From the NCBI GenBank assembly GCA_905236645.1, contig CAJOMZ010000013.1:3315-67314 (forward strand): a stretch of 64,000 nt of DNA, written 5' to 3'. A model generated the notes under the pieces. It made no database searches and was not told the DNA's origin. It saw only the letters and a program-made list of their open reading frames with translations. Below, in pieces: positions 57,488 to 64,000 of the stretch. Numbering within the stretch: the first letter of the stretch is position 1; every line of letters begins with the position of its first letter. The stretch comes from an uncultured Bacteroidales bacterium. GTDB taxonomy: Bacteria; Bacteroidota; Bacteroidia; Bacteroidales; P3. The position numbers were made by a program, and so were the translations under genes.

Positions 57488-58534
57488 TTATTGCCTCCTA
57501 TTCCAAAGGCGTTCAATACGAAACAGTTTTATTATCCTGTCCGTAACCCAGGCCAGACAGAACGATGCCAGCAATTCCAAGGGTATTATAGCAAAGAAAT
57601 ACAATCCAAATTGACTTTGTGTGGTATAAAATTTCATAAAAAAGGGATATAACACCATATCACACATTGCGCAGTAAAGATACATTTCAAGCGTCAGGGT
57701 CGAAACGGACTTCATCATTTTGCGAAGCCATTCTTTGCTTGTTTCCCAGTTGTAAAACAAGGCAAAGAATGCCGCCATTGCCGGAACAATAAACAAATAT
57801 ACGCCTATTACAAATCTGTATGGTTGCCCTTTGAAAAAGAATAGGTTGCTTACAGGCTCAACAAGAATGGCAAAAAATAAAAACAATACGAGTTTACGTT
57901 TGGCAATATTCACGCCAAACTTACGGATGTGACACCCAATGAAGTAGCAGGTCAAAGGTGAAATGCTTGTCCAATAGTTTGGCAATATCTGAAAACCTTC
58001 CCTGTTCAGTGTCATAGTCACGTATGTCATAACATACAGGGTCAGTATTAAAGCAAAACTTGTTTTCTCGGTTTCAATCCCCCTGTACATTAAATTCAGA
58101 AACGGAGCAAGAAAATAAAGTCCAATCCACATCTCTACATACCAGGCATATTGTATGGCGTTGAAATGCAGAATCATATCTGCACCTGTAAGTAGCGTGA
58201 TTTCTTCATCAAGAATATATCTGCGAAAAACAAGATATAAAATTGAAATCAGAAAATACGGAACAATTACTTTCAAACTCTTTCTATAGTAGCTCCACGT
58301 AGGTTTGTCTTGACTGTTCAGAAAACCTGTTACTGCTATGAATAGAGGGACTCCCATCAAGAAAAATTCCATACCGATGCTTTGTATGAACATCGACAAT
58401 GAGTTGAATGTTTCTTGACGGAAGTGGGTGTTAAGTGTGAAAAAATGCTGTGCAGGTATGGCGAAAATTGCCACGCATTTCAAGAAATCTATTCCCTGTA
58501 CTCGCTTCGTCGATTCTGTCACAATAGAAATCAA
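57488..58534 (-). CDS. Acyltransferase family 3 membrane protein
   Basis: A polytopic protein with N-terminal GIDFLKCVAIFAIPAQHF. Confidence 0.8.
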   Translation of the reverse strand: MISIVTESTKRVQGIDFLKCVAIFAIPAQHFFTLNTHFRQETFNSLSMFIQSIGMEFFLMGVPLFIAVTGFLNSQDKPTWSYYRKSLKVIVPYFLISILYLVFRRYILDEEITLLTGADMILHFNAIQYAWYVEMWIGLYFLAPFLNLMYRGIETEKTSFALILTLYVMTYVTMTLNREGFQILPNYWTSISPLTCYFIGCHIRKFGVNIAKRKLVLFLFFAILVEPVSNLFFFKGQPYRFVIGVYLFIVPAMAAFFALFYNWETSKEWLRKMMKSVSTLTLEMYLYCAMCDMVLYPFFMKFYTTQSQFGLYFFAIIPLELLASFCLAWVTDRIIKLFRIERLWNRRQ

Positions 58535-58568
58535 TTAAATGTACACAAGCGTCGCGCCTGCAAAAAAA

Positions 58569-59336
58569 TCAGTATCCGACTATCTTGTAAATAACCCCGC
58601 CAACCCATTCGTTTATAAGCTCTTTCCAGTCGGTAAGTGGCTTCCATTGTGGCAGGAACTGATAGGCTTTGGGGTGGGGCTTAGGGTAAATGTTTGTGGC
58701 ATAGCCGTCCACCTGCCAGCCCTCGGCATCGAAACAGGCGAGACTGCGTTTCAGGTGTGTGGCCGAGGTGATGACAATGCATTGCTCGGGCGTGTAGCCC
58801 AGCGAATCGAGAACGGCGATGCTGTAAGTGGCATTCTCGCGGGTGTTGCGGGCATATTGCTCAAAAATAAGATCGTCGCTATGCAGGCCAAAATCACTAA
58901 GGTATGTCTTGAAGTATTGGTCGGTGCTGCGGCCGTCGTGCGATTTGGATATCGTCGCATCGCCCGAAATCATTATTTTTTCGGCAACGCCGCTTTCATA
59001 CAGCCTGATGGCCTCCCACAGCCGCGTACCACGGTCGTCAATAAATACAGGCTGCATTGTGGCGGTGTCAAAACCGTCGCTGAAACCGCCCATAACGATG
59101 GCTACATTGTAGTATTGCTTTGGCAGCTTTTGGTGGCTGTAATGCCGTGTGGTCATATACTGCGACCACTGCAGCAGCGGCTTGTTGGTGAAGAGCAGCA
59201 ACACCGACAAGGCGGCAATGAAAAAGCCTCGCCGCCACTTTTTGTTCTGCACCAGATAGGCAAGAACGAAAAGCAGCACCACCCAGGTAAGTGGCTGTAA
59301 AAAGACTTTCAGTATTTTGGAAATGTAAAAGAACAT
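58569..59336 (-). CDS. YdcF/DUF218 family protein
   Basis: It has an N-terminal TM segment. AIVMGG and IMISGD are typical of DUF218. Confidence 0.65.
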   Translation of the reverse strand: MFFYISKILKVFLQPLTWVVLLFVLAYLVQNKKWRRGFFIAALSVLLLFTNKPLLQWSQYMTTRHYSHQKLPKQYYNVAIVMGGFSDGFDTATMQPVFIDDRGTRLWEAIRLYESGVAEKIMISGDATISKSHDGRSTDQYFKTYLSDFGLHSDDLIFEQYARNTRENATYSIAVLDSLGYTPEQCIVITSATHLKRSLACFDAEGWQVDGYATNIYPKPHPKAYQFLPQWKPLTDWKELINEWVGGVIYKIVGY

Positions 59337-59340
59337 CCTG

Positions 59341-60264
59341 CTATCTGCGAAACAGGGATTTCACAAAATCGTAGCCCAGATTGTGCAGCCGCATAAAGTA
59401 ACCTATCTTGCTGACAATGCTGAGGTCGTGATGTTTCTTGAAAGCTTGAACCAGTGTGTCGTCGGGCTGCACATTTGGGTCGAGTGTACTGCTGTTGCCA
59501 TAAAGCTCGACATTGTGTCGCTCGTCGTGCCAGCCTACGTGACTCTCCGAACTCTTCAACCCGATGTTCTGCACCTTTGACTGCATTGGATTGACAGTCC
59601 ATTTCTTTTGCTTCGAAGCGGAATAGGCCCAGCGGACTGCCCACGACTCGATGCGCTCGCAGCGCTCCATCTCAAGGGTGCGGAACAGGTCGTTGCCACC
59701 CTGGTCAAACTGTCTGCGCAGGTCTTTACTGCGTGCCAGGCGGTTGAAATCGCTGACTTCCCAATCAACGGTCTCCCAGCGGTCGCGCCAAGTGGCCCAT
59801 CCCCAGCATTGGGCGCGGGGTACGAGGAAGACACCGCATTTGTCGTCGCCTTCCAACGCTTTCAGTTCGGGCGTGTAGCCTGATATGCTCCAGATGTCAT
59901 TGCGATCTTTGTATATGCGCAAAGCCTCGTTCATAAATGTAAGGAAATCAGGCGACACAACCAAATCGTCTTCCAAAACAATGACATCCTCGTTTGTTTC
60001 CAGAACTTTCGTTACTCCGTCAATGACCGAATTGGCCATTCCTTTGTTCATTCTGGCTGGGAATGGGTGTATCTTTTTGAAGCCTTGCAGGTTGTCGAAC
60101 AAGGCCCGCACTTTCTCCACGTCGTCAGCCTCTGAATCGTTACGGGCTTCGTCCATAAAGACATACAGCTCGCTATCCTTGCATTCGGGGCAGGCCAGCA
60201 ACGATTCGAGCATCAGCTTCGTGGTGTCGTATCTTTTGTATACAAACAGGCAGATTGGGGACAT
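59341..60264 (-). CDS. GNT-I/GT2-like glycosyltransferase (paralogue of the N-domain of 40455..41999)
   Basis: ICLFVYKRYDTT and VLEDDLVVSPDFL. ATG 60264 is preferred over TTG 60282. Confidence 0.7.
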   Translation of the reverse strand: MSPICLFVYKRYDTTKLMLESLLACPECKDSELYVFMDEARNDSEADDVEKVRALFDNLQGFKKIHPFPARMNKGMANSVIDGVTKVLETNEDVIVLEDDLVVSPDFLTFMNEALRIYKDRNDIWSISGYTPELKALEGDDKCGVFLVPRAQCWGWATWRDRWETVDWEVSDFNRLARSKDLRRQFDQGGNDLFRTLEMERCERIESWAVRWAYSASKQKKWTVNPMQSKVQNIGLKSSESHVGWHDERHNVELYGNSSTLDPNVQPDDTLVQAFKKHHDLSIVSKIGYFMRLHNLGYDFVKSLFRR

Positions 60265-60283
60265 ATAAGGTTTGATGGTCAAA

Positions 60284-60330
60284 GGGGTTAAAGGTTTTAG
60301 GGTTAAAAGGGTTTAGGGTTTAAGGGATGG
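60284..60330 (+). repeat. G-tract word repeat (GGGGTTAAAGG TTTTAGGG TTAAAAGGG TTTAGGG TTTAAGGG)
   Basis: Read directly from an 84-nt intergenic spacer. It has four GGG runs with loops of 6, 4 and 5 nt. Confidence 0.7.
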
Positions 60331-60366
60331 TTTTCGTCTTAGTTAGAGTATAGGTTAAAGAGGTGA

Positions 60367-61305
60367 TCAGGACAGTCTTTTTAAGAGTTTCATCCTCAGG
60401 GCGTAGGGTATAAATGCTAATATACTGTAAAGATATAACTTCTTGTTGCGGTGCCAGTGCTGAGACTTGTGTATCTCGCTTCTGCACTTGCGGCCTTGGT
60501 GTGGCAGGCGTAGATAGATCGACGCCCGCATTTTGTACCATTTGGCTATGTATTGGTCAAGGTATGGCAGTGGTTTGTCGTTGTAGATTCTTTCCAGCTC
60601 GCGGCCCACCATATCGTCGTCTGCAGGTGTGCGTTTTGGACGGTCCATAGCCGACTGCTCGCCAGTGTAGAATACACTTTGTGGCACAGGGCAATAGGCA
60701 ATCGTTCCCGTTGCCGCCAAGCGAGCCCACGTCAACAGGTCCTCGCCCTGATGTACACCCTCGGGAAATCCTCCGACGGCTTCAAGTGACGCTTTCCTCA
60801 CCATAACGCTTATGGAACAGAAAGGCGGCTCGGACAAAGCGGCGACTTCGAAATAGTTGTCCAGAAGCAGTGCCGGAATACCGTTGAATGTCTCCATTCT
60901 GCTTTGTGACAGCCGGTTGAGCTTGATATCCTGAATATTGCCTTTGCCGTCACAACGTTGATAGGCAGTGGCATAAACCGAGCAATCGGGATAGCGCTCT
61001 TTAAGTGCCAATACAGTCTCAAGGAACGTCGGTCTCCACTCGTCGTCAGCGTCAAGAAAAGCCACCCAGTCGGCAGAGGCTTCGTCAACGCCTCGGTTGC
61101 GGGCCATAGACACCCCCTTGTTGTCCTGCTCCACAAGCCGCAGCCGTTCGTCGTGTATCCGCTTTACTACCTCTTCTCCGCCGTCGGTAGAGCCGTTGTT
61201 GACAACAATCAGTTCGAAGTCTTGAACCGTCTGGTTCAGAACCGATTGCACGGCGCGCCCGACGGTGGCCGCCTTGTTGTAAAGAGGTATGACGACGGAA
61301 ACCAT
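60367..61305 (-). CDS. Glycosyltransferase family 2
   Basis: VSVVIPLYNKAATV, VVNNGSTDGG and FLDADDEW. Confidence 0.9.
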   Translation of the reverse strand: MVSVVIPLYNKAATVGRAVQSVLNQTVQDFELIVVNNGSTDGGEEVVKRIHDERLRLVEQDNKGVSMARNRGVDEASADWVAFLDADDEWRPTFLETVLALKERYPDCSVYATAYQRCDGKGNIQDIKLNRLSQSRMETFNGIPALLLDNYFEVAALSEPPFCSISVMVRKASLEAVGGFPEGVHQGEDLLTWARLAATGTIAYCPVPQSVFYTGEQSAMDRPKRTPADDDMVGRELERIYNDKPLPYLDQYIAKWYKMRASIYLRLPHQGRKCRSEIHKSQHWHRNKKLYLYSILAFIPYALRMKLLKRLS

Positions 61306-62657
61306 CAGAAATTAAATCCTCGTTCTGAATATTGATAATCAGGCTTCTGTACCTTATTGAGCATTCCAAGCATCATTCCGTACAGTGCAAACGGAAATCC
61401 TGTCGACGCCATTGTGTAGGTTACCACATTTTCGCTGTACATTGCTGCAAAACATCCAGCAATGCCTCCGGCGGCAATCATCGCGCAGCATTTTATATAA
61501 TCCGGAATATACGATCTGCTGCAGACAATAAAACAATGAATTACAACCACTATGCCTACAGCCATATACAGCCAGAAGCCAATCAAGCCCGTGTCGCACC
61601 GCATCTGCACAAAGTCGCCGTGGGTCTGCTTTACGCCGGCAGGATTGTCGTATAGGAACTTCTGGCAACTGCCAATACCGCTGCCTTTCAGCTCGTGACC
61701 TATGTAGAATTCTCTCTCCAACGTCTTCCAGATTGCCTCTCGTCCGTTGTTGCGAATCTCGTCTTCCGAGATGTTTCCTTCGCGAAGGTCCTGGATTGTC
61801 AGCTCGTTTTCAGTGTCTTTCCAGAACATTTTGTCGTGGAATGCGGGCACATAGAACACAATGGCCAGTCCTATACCAAGCACGCCGGCAATGTAAGGCA
61901 ATGATACCCATTTGTGTTTCAGGAACATAAACACGGCCAATCCGCTGAACATTCCCAAAAGTCCGCTGCGATGCACCATCAAGATGCAAGGCAAAACGAA
62001 CAATATTGCCAGGATTAGATCTTTCTTGTCCTTGCCGTAGTAATAGTAGAGTGCAAAGGATGTGATTGATATGGTTACATAGTTCAGATTCAACGCAGTG
62101 GCATACCAGAATGTTCCGCCAAAGAATCTGGCGATAAATGGGAAATAACCAATCAATGCGCTGATTATGGCCACCCGTCGGGCCCACACGCAGCAGGCAA
62201 GGAATATCTGCTCGTCGCGCACTATGGCAGAGGCTGTTATCATTATTATCATTGGGTACAGATACTTAAGTATGTATCTAAACCCATATTCGAATGAGCT
62301 GGCATAGGTCAGTGTGTAGACACACCACAGGATGTATATCAGATAAACCACCGTGCCGGGGCCCCATTGGGGCTTTTCGACGCACACAAACAGCGACATA
62401 AGCAGTGCCACCTCCAACAGCAACAGTCGTATGGCCTGCAGGTTTAATCCTCCGCCGGTGCCGTGGCCGCCTCCTGACGACGACAGGGCCAGCGTGCCGG
62501 TGGCAAAGAGCAGGATAAAGAACATCTCGGTGCCCTCGATGAGCAGATACTTGCTGCTGTTCAAGGGATCCTTGATGCGGGCGCTGTAACGGAACATAAA
62601 GACGAAGAAGTAGGCGTTCAGCACCAGGAATAGGATGAGGTTTATTATTCCGTTCAT
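61305..62657 (-). CDS. O-antigen ligase / polymerase family membrane protein (WaaL/Wzy-like)
   Basis: The start is taken at ATG 62657 (MNGIINLILF). It has 10 or more TM segments and a large loop with a HRSGLL...R motif region. Confidence 0.7.
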   Translation of the reverse strand: MNGIINLILFLVLNAYFFVFMFRYSARIKDPLNSSKYLLIEGTEMFFILLFATGTLALSSSGGGHGTGGGLNLQAIRLLLLEVALLMSLFVCVEKPQWGPGTVVYLIYILWCVYTLTYASSFEYGFRYILKYLYPMIIMITASAIVRDEQIFLACCVWARRVAIISALIGYFPFIARFFGGTFWYATALNLNYVTISITSFALYYYYGKDKKDLILAILFVLPCILMVHRSGLLGMFSGLAVFMFLKHKWVSLPYIAGVLGIGLAIVFYVPAFHDKMFWKDTENELTIQDLREGNISEDEIRNNGREAIWKTLEREFYIGHELKGSGIGSCQKFLYDNPAGVKQTHGDFVQMRCDTGLIGFWLYMAVGIVVVIHCFIVCSRSYIPDYIKCCAMIAAGGIAGCFAAMYSENVVTYTMASTGFPFALYGMMLGMLNKVQKPDYQYSERGFNF

Positions 62658-62726
62658 TTGTTTCCTTTTGCTGTTCTGACGTCGCTCTTCCGCCCTGTTT
62701 TCCAGCCATCGACACTGGTTCCGGTC

Positions 62727-62760
62727 CGTTCGTTGTCCAGTTGTTGTCCAGTTGTTGTTA
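62727..62760. repeat. Partial copy (about 2.5 units) of the GTTGTCCAGTT array, including its left flank
   Basis: 62727-62758 is identical to 4186-4217 (32 of 32 nt). It lies 70-100 nt upstream of the WaaL/Wzy-like start codon. Confidence 0.9.
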
Positions 62761-62921
62761 AATAATTGTATATTTGAAATTCCTTTTCTTTTTTGTATAA
62801 ATAAAGTATTACTTCTTGAAACTCTCCTCATTTTTTAATGGTCCGTTGCGGATACGGTGTTGTATCGGCTATGTGCGGTGGTTGTCGTCATTGGTTTACA
62901 AGCTGAAAAAGGACTGTGTTT

Positions 62922-64000
62922 TCAGTCAAGTTTGGCGTAAAGGTTCAGTATGTTGTCGCGATAGCGGTCGAAGGTGTACTGGTGTGCTGTGGCTTGGGCG
63001 TTGGTTCTCAGCTGGTTCAGTTGCTCGGGGTTCGACAGCAGGCGTGCCGTTTTGTCGGCAAGGTCGTCGGTGTCGCCGCTTTTGAATAGCAGGCCGTCGG
63101 TGCCGTCGTTTACGATTTCGGTCAAACCGCCTGTGGCCGATGCAATCACTGCGCAGCCGCAGGCCATAGCCTCTATTGCCGACAGCCCGAAGCCCTCGCT
63201 GCGCGACGGCACCCATACGATGTCCATACTGCTGTAGAGTTCAGGCAGTTTGTGGTATTCCACGCGGCCAATCCATTCAATCCGGCTCTCATCAATGCCC
63301 AGCTCCTGTTGCTGGCGGTCCATCATTTCGCGCAGTTTGCCGTCGCCTACTATTCTGAGCCGGCAATCGGGGTTGGCTTTCAGCACTTTGGCAAAGGCGG
63401 GGAGCGCAAAGTCGGCTCCCTTGATGCTCTCGAGGCGCGCCACGAGGCCTATGGTTGTGTCGTGATGCGCGTCTGCCGGTTGTTCCGCTTTGCGGGTTGT
63501 TGTGCTGCCCAGTGCCGGCGGCAGACAGTTGTGGATGGTGAAATGGTTGTGGTGTTTCAGTGCCAAGTCCTTGTCGTACAGCGAACTGCTGCCGAAGAAA
63601 CTGCGCTCGGCCTTTTCGGTGACGCAGGTGAAGGCCACGGTGTGGCGCCGCTGCAGGCAGTGTATGAGCCGCAGGCTTTTGTAGATGTCGGCATCGGTGT
63701 GCAGTGTGGCAATGATCTTTTTGATTCCCAATCGTTTCAGAATTGCGATGGGCATTGCGCCGGGGGCCATATATTGCACGTGTGCAATCTTGGGGCGGTA
63801 TTCGTCGACCACGCGTCGCAGGCCTTCTTTGAGGAAGCGGTATACCTTGCGGTTGCCTTCGGGCCTGCGGCCGTATGCCGACAGGCAGACAACGCGCGAG
63901 CCGGCCTTCTCGAACCGTTGTACCATCGTGTAGTCGTACTCGAAGTAGCAGACCGTAACGCAGTGATAGCCGCCTGCCGACAGCGCCTCGACCAGACGCA
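62922..64000 (-). CDS. Glycosyltransferase family 4 (5' end outside the window)
   Basis: The GT-B C-domain has SRSEGFGLSAIEAMACG. The reading frame stays open upstream of M63926 to the window edge (…LVEALSAGGYHCVTVCYFEYDYT). Confidence 0.85.
   Translation of the reverse strand, partial: RLVEALSAGGYHCVTVCYFEYDYTMVQRFEKAGSRVVCLSAYGRRPEGNRKVYRFLKEGLRRVVDEYRPKIAHVQYMAPGAMPIAILKRLGIKKIIATLHTDADIYKSLRLIHCLQRRHTVAFTCVTEKAERSFFGSSSLYDKDLALKHHNHFTIHNCLPPALGSTTTRKAEQPADAHHDTTIGLVARLESIKGADFALPAFAKVLKANPDCRLRIVGDGKLREMMDRQQQELGIDESRIEWIGRVEYHKLPELYSSMDIVWVPSRSEGFGLSAIEAMACGCAVIASATGGLTEIVNDGTDGLLFKSGDTDDLADKTARLLSNPEQLNQLRTNAQATAHQYTFDRYRDNILNLYAKLD

Overview
This window looks like a Bacteroidales-type chromosome segment. 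I infer that from TAnnTTTG -7 promoter boxes, gldF/gldG, a PorD-like gene, an Rpn-family nuclease and a Na+-pumping methylmalonyl-CoA decarboxylase operon. No homology search was possible, so product calls rest on motifs read from the ORF translations.

Positions 1-27.7 kb hold housekeeping genes:
- the mmd operon (carboxyltransferase, Cys-rich lipoprotein, OadG-like, biotin carrier, OadB-like)
- valS, an M28 peptidase, gldF-gldG-DUF4340, surE, lpxB, a SpoIID-like gene and a thioredoxin-fold gene
- on the minus strand, an Opp-type permease, tsaB, a LolA-like gene, nfo, a GNAT, rubrerythrin, pepE and gyrB
- a PorD-like gene and an aminotransferase

Positions 27.7-64 kb are one very large minus-strand surface-glycan (O-antigen/LPS-like) locus that runs off the right edge. 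It contains:
- about 19 predicted glycosyltransferases
- 3 SAM methyltransferases
- 3 acyltransferase-3 genes, an MBOAT/AlgX-like O-acylation set and a GT-hexapeptide acetyltransferase fusion
- a WaaL/Wzy-like membrane protein and a GT-C-like membrane protein
- an ABC exporter whose wzm and wzt genes lie 15 kb apart

The locus is a visible compositional mosaic and is interrupted by non-glycan cargo: an Rpn nuclease, an AAA+/PD-(D/E)XK ATPase flanked by 115-bp direct repeats, and an orphan 242-aa protein.

The most unusual signals are non-coding:
1. Intergenic elements built from about 11-nt tandem words arranged as inverted arrays. The clearest has a 42-bp near-perfect arm at 4194-4278, and 32 nt of its sequence recur exactly upstream of the WaaL/Wzy-like gene at 62727-62758.
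2. About 35-nt arrays of an imperfect heptamer (GAACGGA)x5. Three are embedded in frame in valS. A fourth, in the same DNA orientation, lies inside a minus-strand GT4 gene.
3. A sharp composition break inside wzt. It ties the Wzt C-terminal glycan-binding domain to an AT-rich cassette carrying the three methyltransferases.
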